This document shows positions 1 through 12,011 of a stretch of DNA of 35,187 bases, in pieces; position 1 is the stretch's first letter; every line of letters starts with the position of its first letter. The DNA comes from Spirogloea muscicola (lineage: Eukaryota), in the NCBI GenBank assembly GCA_009602725.1, contig WELB01000024.1, forward strand, positions 16,479-51,665, given 5' to 3'. A program made the translations under genes and the position numbers. Under the pieces are notes generated by a model, which saw only the letters and a list, made by a program, of their open reading frames with translations, had not been told where the DNA came from and did not search any database.

Positions 1-15
1 CCACCGCCCCCGGCC

Positions 16-3000
16 ATGAGCAGGCTGTCCTTCCGGCCGCGCCCCTTGGACATCCACAAGCGCCTGCCCATCGTCCGCTCCGTCAAGGAGCTCGACGCCG
101 ACGACGGCGCCGCCGCCGCCGCCGCCGCCGCCGGCATCGGCGGCGGCGGCGGGGCTAGAATCCACGCGGCGACTGACAGTGATGGCGATCAGGTGCTCCA
201 CCGTAGCTTTGCCCCTCTCTGCAGCTGTTGGTCGCCCGCCCGCAGCCGCCAAAGGCTATGCCTCGTCGGAGGCGCCGGCGAGCCGTCGCGAGAGATTTCG
301 GCAACGCTCGTCGACCATGGCCGTCGCCGCCCAGCTGCGGCAGGCCAGCCGTGGAGGCCCTGTGGGCATCGCTCAGGCCGCTCGAGAGCTCGCGGCAGTC
401 CATACTGGCCAGCGAGACGCAGCAGCTTCTGCTGCACACCCGCCGCTTGCTATTTCCCAAACCCTAACCCTGAATAAGAATCCTAACCTTAAGCCCCAGA
501 ACCTTATCCAAGCCGCGCGGGCTCGAGTCACGGCCTGCGCTGCCTCTCCGAGCTCACATGGGTGTGGAGGCCCCAGTTCGAGAGCCTATCCATGCCTTTC
601 CGTCCTAGCTCATGCCCTGCCGCGCCCCGCAGTCGCGCCGCGAGAAGACCCGCAAGACCGTCGGCGACATCCCCATCCCCTACTACGAGGTCGTGCCCAG
701 CTACGAGCGCGACTACACGCCCACCTTCGCCCAGCCCCAGTCCTACGTACGGAGCAAGCCGGGTGCGAATATTCGCCTCTGATGCAGCCCAGTTAGACGT
801 GGAGGGCCCCGTTAGCATCCCACGTTGAGCGAGAAGTGTTAGCTCCGTCGTTCCTACCATTGACCTTGTTGGGGATTTGGCACTCACTGGTGGGCCTGCA
901 GCAGGATTTGGCTACTGTGACACGATGTCATAGAGTACGTCACAGAGACTAGAGCCCATCTTTGCGGAGCAACATCGAGGACTTAGGTCTGCCGCAGCGC
1001 TGGCTCGCTGAGAAGCTCCTTGCTGGCGTGAATGTTTCAGCGAGGTCTGAGGACGGCGCGTACGTGGAGTACGACCTGGACGATGAGGACGAGGACTGGC
1101 TGGACCAGTTCAATGACGAGCGCAAGATTCTGCCCCCCAAGAAGTGCGCACGATCCATTGGACTCCCACCTTTCCGTTCTCGCTCCCAGCTCAGAACGTT
1201 GGAGTCAATCACCGAATGATCACTTGCACCACCAATGATGGGTTCCAGCCAAGGCTCAGATCAAGAGCTCACGTGGCATCCTCCGAGATACTGCCAAAGC
1301 AAATGGGAGTGCAGAACGAACCTGCAAAAGCTTGCCAACATTGCCAGTTGCGTCCACCGATGCCTGTTCTCTTGGGCCATGCCATCTCAATCTCCTGTCT
1401 GATCCGGCTGCGATCTGGCCAACCTGCCAGGTTTGAGTGGATGCTGTATAAGTTGGAGCTTCTGGACCATCGGCAGCGTGAGAAGGCCGGCATTGGGCTG
1501 CTGGTCCTTGGCAACCCCGTGCCCATCATGCTCCAGCGCGAGATGGCGTATGAGGTGGGTCCCTCTTCCTCTCTCTCTCGCATCATCGTGGTCATGCTAG
1601 GCTCCGACTCTGGCCAGCTGACATGGGCCCTTGTGATGTCGGAAGCAAGTTTTCCAATGGCGAAGGCCCTTTGCATGCAGTTGCTTTGGAGCGGGTACCT
1701 CTGACCTTCTTCTGTTACCTGTGCAGATCTTGCGGACGCAGACGACAAGGCAGGCAGTCACGGCGGCCGTGTACGACTACTGGAATGCCAAGGTGTGCGC
1801 TTTCTTTGAGGGCTCACCTTGGCTGACCGTCGCAAGGATGCAGCTCTGCTTTTGAGGGCTGCCTGCACCTGCATAGACAGTTTGAGGCGTCAGTCTTGCT
1901 TATTGGTGGCATGCATTGTCCATTTTGCAGCGGGAAAGGTGGCAGAAGCCCATCCTCAGGCGACTGCAGGTAATGTGGTATCTAATACCAAGCGCTTCTT
2001 AGGAGCCTTTGCATACAGGGGAAAGGTTTGCATCTGCAGACACTTCCCTCTGTGGGGTTTAGCACTGAATTCTGCCACCAGACTGACAAAAGTGATGTGT
2101 TCTCCAGCCTGCACCTTCAAACAACGATACAAATCCGTTCAACGTGTTCCGACCCCGGGAAAGGGTCCACAGGCCTCACACGCGGAGGGTGAGTTTTGGT
2201 ACTTGGTCTAAGAAGCAGACTGTGTCAGCATATACTCTGCAGGCTTACGAATCCTCTCTAGTCTCGCTTTCCTCCACATTATTGCCCGTACTCCTGCCAG
2301 AGTGACGCTGTTGGGAAAGCGCGATGAATGCATCTCGTACACTCATTATTTCTAATCAAGCCTAAACCCTACCCTAAACCCCCTAATTGAAATTTCTATA
2401 CCCCAGACCCTAGACAGACCCTGCTAAGGGTCTCTGGGCAATTGAGTAATGAAGGTGAAAGAAACATTTGGCGTCTACTTTCTTGCAGCTAGGGGTTGGT
2501 GTCCTTGGCTGCAGTCCACATGATTTAGAACCTCCAGTCGCTGATGGCAGAATGACCACAATTTGATCCTTTGCACTTGCAGATGCAGAGGCGGGAGAAT
2601 GATGTCCACTCATTCGAGAAGTTGCGACAGGTCTGATGAATGTCCATGTGAACTACCTGGCATGCTTCCTGCAGTCCACTTACAGTCGTGTTAGACAGAG
2701 TCATTGCTCAGGCTGCCTAAGATTGAAGATTTTGCAACACCAGATCTATCTCATAGTTGCTCGTGTGGATCTTGCGATGAACCTTGTCGTCTCAGGTTCG
2801 AAAGAACCTGGAGGAGGCTAAAATATTGCTCCTTGAGCTCCAACGAGTAAGCACTTATGTTCACGACCTCTCACAAAATCGTGCAAGCAAGTTGGAGAAG
2901 AGGATTGCTTGGATGTTTGGGGATGGATGTCTGTGAGGTAGACCCTCTCAATCATGTTGTCTTCCATCCTGCCTTAGCTTGAAGGACCTGCTATTGATTA

Positions 3001-4104
3001 TCAAGGATTGCCTTTGACTGCTCCAGCGGGAGGCGAAGAAGAAGGAGCTGGTGGAGTGCGAGGTCCAGCTGCAGAGGCTGCATGTGCGGCTGCGGGTATG
3101 GATGCCGAACTCCCTCAAGTGCTGTGCTTGGACCCAACTTCCCACTCTTCTGTAACCTCATTCTAAGCCTTTCTTCACACGCGCTCCACAGCACGACCCG
3201 CGCCTGGCCGAAGACGAGTATGTGGCGCAGCCGCAGTTCAGCATGATGCCGCCGCCGCCGCTGCCACGGAAGCCCACGCTGGCCCGCAGCGACAGCGAGC
3301 ACCTGGAGCGCATGAACGGCCACCTGCTTGGCATGCGCAAGCGGACTCGGCGGCGCAACTTCCCGGGCGCAGGGAGGGGCGGCCGACGGGTGAGCTGGCC
3401 AGTTACCCTCGAACCAAAGAGCAAGAAGTAATAAATAAGCATAACCCCTAACCAAGAAGCATAACCACCGTAACTCCTCTTGAATAAGCATAACCCAACT
3501 TCCAACCTGCAATGCACGTCTTCGGTATCGTGGCCGGGATACGGGCACTTACGTCGGCCATGACCTCATCAAAGAGCTGATGGAATCTCAAGAGTGGCGC
3601 ACGTCTCAGGTGGCGCCACTGGAGCCACTGGAGCCAGTGCTGCTCTTCACGCAGCCGCTCAACCTCAGCCTCCCAGAGGCAGCGCCGCTCGTGCCCCTCA
3701 TGGGCAACACCCACCACAGCAGTGGCGCTGGCGGCTGCAGTGATCCCCTCCGGCGTGCGCCGCAGTGCCTGCGGGGCCGCTTCGGGCGCGGCGGTCGAGT
3801 AATCTTCGACCGCTGGGACGTCCTGTCACGCGCCATGCTGCTGCCCTGCGACAATGGCCACAGCCACTTAGGTTCGTTGCTGACGCAGCCAGCGGCCACT
3901 GCTGCAGCGCCGCGTGCCTCTCCCCCCCTCTCGGGTTGCGCCAGCTTCGAGTCCTTCCCTCAGATGCCACCTCCACACCGATTTGACGCTACGGCCGCCA
4001 CCATCGCCAGATGCTCTTCTCCAGTGCACGACTTGGGAAAGAACATGCTGTTGCTACAGCCAGGGCGGCCTCCGACTGGCTTCGAACAAAGACGTGATTC
4101 GTGA
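16..4104 (+). CDS. EPL1: Enhancer of polycomb-like protein (NuA4/TIP60 histone acetyltransferase subunit), 12 exons, ~526 aa
   Basis: N-terminus MSRLSFRPRPLDIHKRLPI, EPcA motifs (YERDYTPTFAQPQSYVR, VEYDLDDEDEDWL, VYDYWNAKRERWQKPILRRLQ, DTNPFNVFRPRE) and C-terminal RGRFGRGGRVIFDRW. Exons joined in frame by GT-AG introns: 16-192, 633-762, 1041-1143, 1431-1554, 1727-1792, 1931-1969, 2108-2188, 2583-2630, 2796-2846, 3027-3095, 3192-3389, 3610-4104 (1581 nt). Confidence 0.93.
458..510 (+). repeat. Degenerate telomere-like/telo-box tract in EPL intron 1
   Basis: CAAACCCTAACCCTGAA...CCTAACCTTAAG. Similar tracts occur at 2361-2386 and, on the reverse strand, at 21129-21172. Confidence 0.55.
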
Positions 4105-4934
4105 CTGCCATTCTTTGTAAATATTCCTGGCTCGCTGCTGTCATGGTCACCAATACCATTGCTTCATGTGTAGTCGTCATCTGCCTGTGTTGTCCTGGCA
4201 AGTTGCACTTGACTGACAGCAAGACCTATTCTCCAAGCAATGGGGTCTGCTGCCTTTGATACGTGCTAAGGAGAGACATTACTGCATTCTAGCACTCTTG
4301 AAAGGGCGCCTGCTTTCAATACTAAAAGTGCTAACGAATCAATGACTGGCCTTGCTAGCCCAGTGGAAAACGGATAGCTACGAGAAGTTGGATACCAAGT
4401 TCAGATTGGCTACGCCCAGCAAGATCTGCAGCTAACATGTACTTCAGCTACAGCAGTGGTCGGTTGAATAACAGTATTTGGATCCTTTAGAATGACAGGA
4501 GATGTGACTTCCTCCACTCAAATGTTTACACATGTTAGCAGGGATTGCAACAACGAAGACGAGGGAGGCCTCCTGAGCAATCGAGCAGCTCCTGCAGCGA
4601 TTGCCCACTCAGTAGCTGGACATGTCATAAGGCGGCAGATTCCAGACGATGCAGCCATGCAGGATGCCCTATCTGCAAAGTCCACCAAGCAGCTCAAGAG
4701 CCACTACGCCGAAGGCAAAGCAGCTGTTGCTGCTGCCAATGTCCAGGAGGAAGAGAGTCAAGTGTGAGAGCACTTTAAAAAGCACAGGCGGCATAAAAGG
4801 GCAGTGGAGTGGAACCATGTGGGCTGCACTACATAATAAGAGTTTGCCTGGGAGTCTAGGAAGAGAGATTAGAGGATACATCTGTGAGCAAGTCCCACAA
4901 TACCGTAGATCGCATGGTTGACCAGTCCAGTATT

Positions 4935-7900
4935 TTAGCCAAGACCTACATAAACTCTCTCGTGTGGAGGAGGGGCGCGAGGGTTGCTGGTCTCAATGTC
5001 CACGTGGAGGACCTCAGGTACGAGCCCTTTTATCTCTTTTTCTAGCCGATCCACTTCAGATCCAAGAGCAGTGACTACTTCCTCTCCTGAAGTTGCCACG
5101 TCATGTAGTGCTATCAGATCAATACAGGATTTAACTCTGTTAAAGAATTGGTACAAATAAAAGAAATACGCAAGAATGGATTGGAAGTCTCGCTCAGCCT
5201 ACTTGGTAACTCCTTGTGACGGCGACAAAGAGGATGGGAGCAATAGAGGTTGATGCTTGCAAGCCCAGGCCCCAGATTTGCAACTCACCATAATGGGCCA
5301 TGACCTGATCAAGTTCTTCGTCCCCTGACTTCAGTACTGCACTCCGCACCTGCAGATACTACGATGCGCCGTCATCAGATTGACATTGGAGCCATCCTTC
5401 CGATGGTCTTGGCAAAGACCCCAGACCCTTGTGCGAAGCTAACAACATATGACATCGTTAAAGACTGACCTGGTTATACAGCACGTCCTTGCCAACACGC
5501 CGTAGATGTCGTTGCACTATGATGATGCCATTGAAATCTGCCATACACAGTCCAATATAGTACAATCATCAAACAGTGGACCTATCCATTGAGGGGTGGT
5601 GCACAGCTTGCCAGCCGATGAGGCATTGCCGGCTAGAGTTGTAAAGTCGAGCACCTGCATTTACCTATTTCAGCCTTGAACCTATACGTCCCAGGACCCA
5701 TAACCTCGCTTTTGCAGTCCCAGACATTGTCAACAACCTGAATACATTGCAGAATCATAGAGGCATTACATTGACTGTGACATGTGGTGCATTGGCTACA
5801 GCTTCAGATGTCTTTAATAAAAGATGGGCAAAGAGCTGACACAGACACTAAGTACAAGTACCCCTGGCATGCAGACATCATGGAAGTCCTACCGGATCCT
5901 TCCTCAAGAGCGCAATGATTTTCCGGATATCTGATGGCTCCATAGACTGGCCAAGCAGCGCACGGCGATTCCTTTGAATGAGGAATGCAGCAACCTGCCC
6001 AACCACAGGGGCGCAGGTAAATTTTAGCAGGTTGTAATTGCTGAAAACTCTAGGCTCTTCAGTAGACCGAAAAAGACAAGGCAGCAGTGCCACTTGTCAT
6101 TCATTTGCGTCTATCAGTGGACTCACTGCTCCTAGGAGGCCTCCAATGGCAATGGAGCCAACTCCATCCCAGACTGGGTTTCCAGTGAGTTCCACAGCCA
6201 AGAGGGATGCTGCTGCAATGACGCAACCTGTGACAGCGGCTCCATCCTGGCAAGCAGCGCCGGGTAAGAGTTCACCTCATGCCTTAACAGAAATTTACTC
6301 CTCTCTTAATCAAGTAGGTGAGCTTTGAAGCAGACTCTATGAGCCTTCACATTGGACGCCCAGCACTTCACGCCTCCTCGCATTGCACACCTACATATGA
6401 CATGGTAACAATGGACCTGGTGCACAGATCTTACCTCCATCATGACGGCCACTGCAGCAGGGTCACCACTTCGCCAGAGGTAGTCTCGGAAGGTCATGCC
6501 CTCAGCCTTTGCGCCAGCCTGCACTGCTCTGAATGCCATATGTAGAGATGCTCCTGCACAATCAATTTCGTGCAACAGGATTGGGCCGCAGAAGCTGAAG
6601 AAGGTTGTCAAGATGGACATTGGTCCATACATTACAGTCAATGGCTGGTTGTCGCATACCTTCCATAAGCACTGAGCCTCCAAGAACCAAAGCTGCCATG
6701 TACATGTTCATAACTGGCTGCAAGAAGAGCAGCGCCTTAGGGACAACTTCCCAAAGAGAGATATGCGCATTGACGATCTGCAACTGAGTGGCTAGCCAAC
6801 CTGCTGCATCATGTCGCTCTCAAGTACCAGCAAGAATCTAATGACAAGGGTGACGTAACTTGCACACACTAACCTCTGGATTCCAAAGACTATGAAGCCC
6901 GTGCATGATGGTAACGCCTGAGCCTAAGCAGAAGATGCCTGTTGCGGACACCAATGCCCAGATGAAGCGTTCCTTTGAATAGCCATACCTGTTGCAAGAT
7001 ATCTGCTTCAGAAAGCAAGCAGGGCAACAGCTTGCTGGCCATAGCAGGAAACTTTGACGACGTTGTTGCTAGCTGTGTGCAAGACCAAGAAAGAGGAAAA
7101 GCTTGGCACGCAGCTACATAAAGGACAGCGTTTTGCTCGACTCTGCTCATCAGCTGTCAATCAGGAGCAATACTTTCTGGCAACGTAAGTGGTCGAAGCA
7201 ATGCCAGCCTTACGGATGCTCAAGGTCGGGAGCTCGATTGGAGCTGACAAGTCCGTACCACAGAAGAGACTGTGCAAGGTAAAGAGAAAAGCATTAATAT
7301 GAACAATGGGCCTTGAACTTCTTAGCAAGCCAATGACTTCAAGGCTCGCATTGTATGCATTACTGATGCATTTATGACACACCTGGTTGGCAACATCAGC
7401 AAGAGAGTGGACTGCCTCAGCAGCCATGACGCTGCTCTGTGTTGCCAACCAAACGCCCGCTTTCAAGCTGAAGACAAGGAAGTTGCACCAAAGGGCAACC
7501 ACCACTGCACGCTGGCTGTAGGAGGATGCATGTGACACCAGGAGGTCAGCAACATCACGGTGCGTGGACCCAATCTCATACCGTGGAAGACGGTCCAGCA
7601 TTGCATCCGATTAAGCAGATTCACAGCAGATTGTGCTGGAGGTGACACCTGTGGTCCTTGGCAACCATTCGGTGAGGATGCCTCTCTGAGTGGCGAGTGT
7701 CAGCAGTTGAGCCCTTGACCACCGTGCTGTACGCTGCACTCGAGCTGAGAAGATATTCAAGGGTGCGTTGATTCTCAGATAGACAGTGCGAGCCGCACTC
7801 TCCTGGCGCTCCAATATAGATCTCCAAGAATGCCATTCCTCCCCCGCTCGAGTTGCAAGTCATTCTTGCTCGGCTCCCACTGCCAGTCACTCCATAGCTA

Positions 7901-8461
7901 ATCCAAGCATTGTGAAGCCTCACCTCGAGCCATAGGTGTGATGACAGCCCCCCGAAGCCCGTGCACCATGGTTATTGGGGCCCTGGTGTACTGTGAAGGC
8001 GAGCTTGCGGCACTTCTCGGGAGATATAACGACCCAAGAAAGAGGCTCTCATCCAACTTCAGTGGATCCGTCAGTGTGTGACTCTGCCGCTTGTGCGCGT
8101 TGCCTGCTTCGTGGACCACCGCTTCCACGGAGCTGCTTGGGGCCTCCATGGCTGCAGCACGCCAATCCGGTGCACCATGACAGGAGCCTGACAAGGTGGA
8201 GACACCGATTCTATGCTCGTGCCTCCACCTATCCCTCCAGTCTTGCAGGCTTGAGCTGACAATGGGGCCTGCAGCTCGGTGCCCCTGGCCAGAGGCCGCC
8301 TTGCGGAGCTCCTCGCAGGGGGAGGACCGCCGCTGCCAGTGGAGGAGGCGATCGGCCTCGGAGCTGCGCCTGCGGCCGCTGGCATCGGGCAGGCCAAGGG
8401 CGGGCGGCGAGAGGAGGGCGCGCCGCCGCAGCAGGCCGCGGAAGGCCGCCGCTGCAGACAT
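4935..8461 (-). CDS. MTP7: Metal tolerance protein C4/MTP7-type cation diffusion facilitator (SLC30A9/ZnT9-like), 13 exons, ~582 aa
   Basis: SQRAVVVALWCNFLVFSLK, AEAVHSLADVANQ (HxxxD), HPYGYSKERFIW, DPAAVAVMMEDGAAV, GEEVVTALGSEVDRLEKEI and HVDIE match my recollection of plant MTPc4. Exons on the minus strand: 8461-7924, 7802-7649, 7515-7383, 7269-7214, 6988-6874, 6717-6660, 6553-6435, 6246-6127, 5994-5893, 5737-5665, 5537-5470, 5349-5289, 5086-4935 (1749 nt). The first two exons are less certain. Confidence 0.9.
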
Positions 8462-8846
8462 TGCCCCTCTGCGGAGCGGCAGCCTCACTGCAGCTCCGTG
8501 CGGCGGCGGCGGTCGCCGCCGCGCGACGCCGCGCCAATGCGGCCCTCGGATACGCCCGAGGGCCGCCGCGCCTCAGCGGCGGGCNCGCCGCCGTCGCCCT
8601 TGGCCCGGCGGCCGTGACGCAGCCGCCTCGCCGGCTTCGGCGGTCGCGCCCTCGGGGCTCTGCGGCTGACCAGCCTGTGGCCTCAGCACCAGGCGGGTCT
8701 GACATCTGGCCGCCTGTGCCAGCGTCGGCGTCGCTTCGAGCTGTCGCGCTGTCTCAGCCCTCCGCTGGAACAGCTGAGGAGGCCGCTCGAGGCCTCCATG
8801 TCCTCCCCAGCCACTGCGCACGTCCTGCCTGAGTGACTGAGTGACC
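8462..8846. promoter_or_regulatory. Short GC/CpG-rich divergent (bidirectional) promoter and 5' UTR region between MTP7 and DBR1
   Basis: The start codons at 8461 (-) and 8847 (+) face away from each other. The interval is very CpG-rich and contains an N at 8585, so its true length is uncertain. Confidence 0.65.
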
Positions 8847-11800
8847 ATGAAGGTCCAAATCAGCACTCGTTATGCTTGATTTGTGCTAGTCAGCTTAGCT
8901 ACCAATGCTAATGGGATCAGCTGCATGCGGGGTAGCAAGGGGCGCTCTAATGCGGACTTACCAGCAGCCGCTCAATCTGCTTGCTCTTCTCGAGACTTTG
9001 AGTTAAATTGCCGTGATGTGCTTGCCGACCCTTCAACCCTAACCACAGTGCGTGACTCCCTTGAGGAGGTCGTAATGAATGGCGAGCTGGCTGGGAACTC
9101 CAAGTTGATGTGACGCACTTGGACGTCTAGGTGACGTTGAGGCTGAAATGACATGTGAACATGCTGGGTACTCCGGTCTTTCAGATTGCCGTGGAGGGCT
9201 GCGCCCATGGCGACTTGGACAACATATACGCCACACTACAGCATTTGGAGCAAGTCGAGAGCATCAAGGTTGACCTCCTCATCTGCTGTGGAGACTTTCA
9301 GGTGACGATTGGCCCCCTTCATGGTCACTAACTGATAAACTGGCTCCAATCATGTCACCATTAAAGCCAGACCCAACACTGTGTAATTGGCAAAATTTTT
9401 GCAGTACTGGCTCCCATCAATCGAGAGGCTGCATTGGGAACTTCTCTTGTCAAGCTGAGTTAGACTCTCACCAATCTGGCCGCCACTGTGCTGACTGTAT
9501 GCTTCAGGCTGTTCGTAACGAGCATGACCTAGAGACAATGGCGTGTCCAGCAAAGTATCGTATGATGAACACATTCTGGAAGTACTACTCAGGAGAAGCA
9601 GTAGCTCCCATTCTGACCATCTTCATTGGCGGCAATCACGAGGCTCAGAACCACCTCTGGGAGCTGTGAGCAGACTGGCCCTTGACCAAGGTCAGCCCCA
9701 TGTCGGATGCTGTGCCATTAGTCCTTTACACTATGTATGAGATTTTCATGGGGCTGTCTTCTGCAGCAGCAGTCATAAACAGGAGACAAGCCCTGATAAG
9801 ACATCCTGCACTTTCTCCAAGAGAGTGGAAATAATGTTACTCTTCTTTGCACTGGCCACTGTGAAGGAGAGGCAGCACATGTATCTCAAAGAATCAAAAT
9901 CACACGCAAGTAGAGAGGTCTCTTACTTAGATGGTGAATGAGGGAGATATAGCCCTACTCACATTTCTGTTGAGTGCTGTCGTATAGAATCCGTCTCATG
10001 ACATGCTCATTGTTGCAGTTTCTATGGGGGTTGGGTGGCTCCCAACATATATTATCTGGGTGCCGCTGGAGTTGTCAAATTTGGTGGCATTCGTGTTGGT
10101 GGGCTGTCAGGAATATACAAACCACAAGATTATCACCAAGGTGAAGCCCCTTCTCCCACTAATACCACGAGGATCAAGATGGGGTGCATGCAATTGTTGA
10201 CTGCTCACAGGTTGCTGGATTGGCATGTATGCACCAGCCAGCCTCTCACCTTCTTGATGTATGTGCTTCTCCAAACACAGGGCACCATGAGCATCCACCT
10301 TATGACTATCAGAGTATGAGGAGCAGCTACCACATACGATCCTTTGATGTTGGCAAGCTGAAGCTTCTGAAGGAACCCATTGACATCTTTGTATCCCACG
10401 ACTGGCCTAACGGCATATGGGAGCATGGGAATGTGCAAGAGCTTGTCCGACGTAAGCCCTTCTTCAAAAACGATGTAAGTGACACTATCCTGAGCATATT
10501 AGCAAAGGCCTTGCAGCAATAACAATAGCTCGGACTTCCTACTTATGTCACAAGGTTCCACTCCAGTCGACTAAGCTTCTTACACAGAAAGTATTACTGC
10601 TTTGTATACAGACAATACGATTAATGAGCTTGTCGAGACGCAGATTGACTCCGGACGCCTGGGGAGCCAGCCAAGTAGCGGATTGCTGCATCATCTACAG
10701 CCCTCCTACTGGTTCTCAGCGCACCTCCACGTCAAGTTTGCGGCCGCTGTGAGACATCCATCTGGTCGGTTGACCAAGTTCTTGGCACTGGACAAGTGCC
10801 TGCCAAACCGCAACTTCCTGCAGGCAAGTATTCTCATTGTGTCCGCCATTCTTCATCTCAGCACCTTATCCAAGAAAGCACATTTCTCCTATTATCTTTG
10901 TCCAATATTAAGAAAGGCTGGTTGATATGCTGATAACAAAGCCCACTGTGCAGGTGGTGGACTTTTCGCAAGCACAGGGTCCCCTTGAGCTGCACTATGA
11001 TGAGGAGTGGCTTGCTGTTACTAAGGCTTGTCATCCTTTTCTGCCTTTGTCAAGGGCCCGATACCAGCAACCTCAGTGCGTGCAGTCAACCAACCCTGCC
11101 GTGCGTCAATTGACAGATGCCTTCACAGCTCAACATATCAAAATCTGGAACGCAGTTGGTTGCGCAGCGCACTGTTGCCCATGACTGGAGTATGCTCTGC
11201 TCTTACTCCTCTCTTGTGTCGACCTTGGCAGCGTTCCAGATCTGGCCTCTCATAGGGCTTGGGTCCAGGAGAGAATAGCGAATGTAGGATCAGCAATTCC
11301 ATGCAACTTCACACGGACTGCTCCAGCTTATAGGCCTCAGGAGTCATTGATTATATCCAGCAACAGAGTCATCTCAGCCAATGGTGCAATACCTGTCTCA
11401 CCATTAGTATCTGTTCTGAACTTTGGGAAAATTCAGCTGTATCCGAAAGCAACCAAGCAAATACAGAGAGTCAGTGGACTCTACCGGGGCACCACATTAT
11501 TTCCTCATGGCGTGAAGTTCACTGCAGACAGGCAGGTTGGCTTACCTCTTCCTGCATGTCATCTGTGCAGGCCATGCAAGGAACCTTCAAATGCTAGACT
11601 TCCTGGAGCTGCTAGGGTTGCCGAACATTTTCAATGGAGATTCTCAGTCCACATCACAACAATCAGGTGACTGCGTACTGTCTGCAACTAGTCTAGTATC
11701 TGAGCTTGCACCAGCCAATGTGGAGTGTGCCACTGTAAGTCAATGTCCGGCTTATCTTAGGCTACTCAAGCGATGATGGTCACAAGGGCGTGATTACCTT

Positions 11801-12011
11801 GATGACCATCTGCATATATAATAAAGTTCAATCATGTAACTTTCTTTGGGATTTCAAGGGTGTTGTTAGCAATGTGCTCCTGCCAGTACTGATGACTATG
11901 ACAAGGGCCCTCCCTCCAATTGTCCTGGTAGTCATCCATGCAGGAAGTGAAGGTGATACGAATCCCGAAGAAGTTGAGCTGCCAGAGGAAGACGAGAGTG
12001 CAGATTATTAA
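8847..12011 (+). CDS. DBR1: RNA lariat debranching enzyme (metallophosphoesterase), 10 exons, ~404 aa
   Basis: [58 protein letters not shown] and C-terminal NPEEVEL. Exons: 8847-8852, 9185-9301, 9508-9665, 10019-10140, 10281-10474, 10644-10823, 10954-11075, 11232-11383, 11571-11666, 11944-12011 (1215 nt). Intron 10824-10953 is GC-AG. Confidence 0.94.

Noticed and set aside
4492..4767. 91-aa ORF between the EPL and MTP7 3' ends
   Set aside because: No recognisable motif, and I found no in-frame splice path from EPL. Probably 3' UTR or intergenic sequence.
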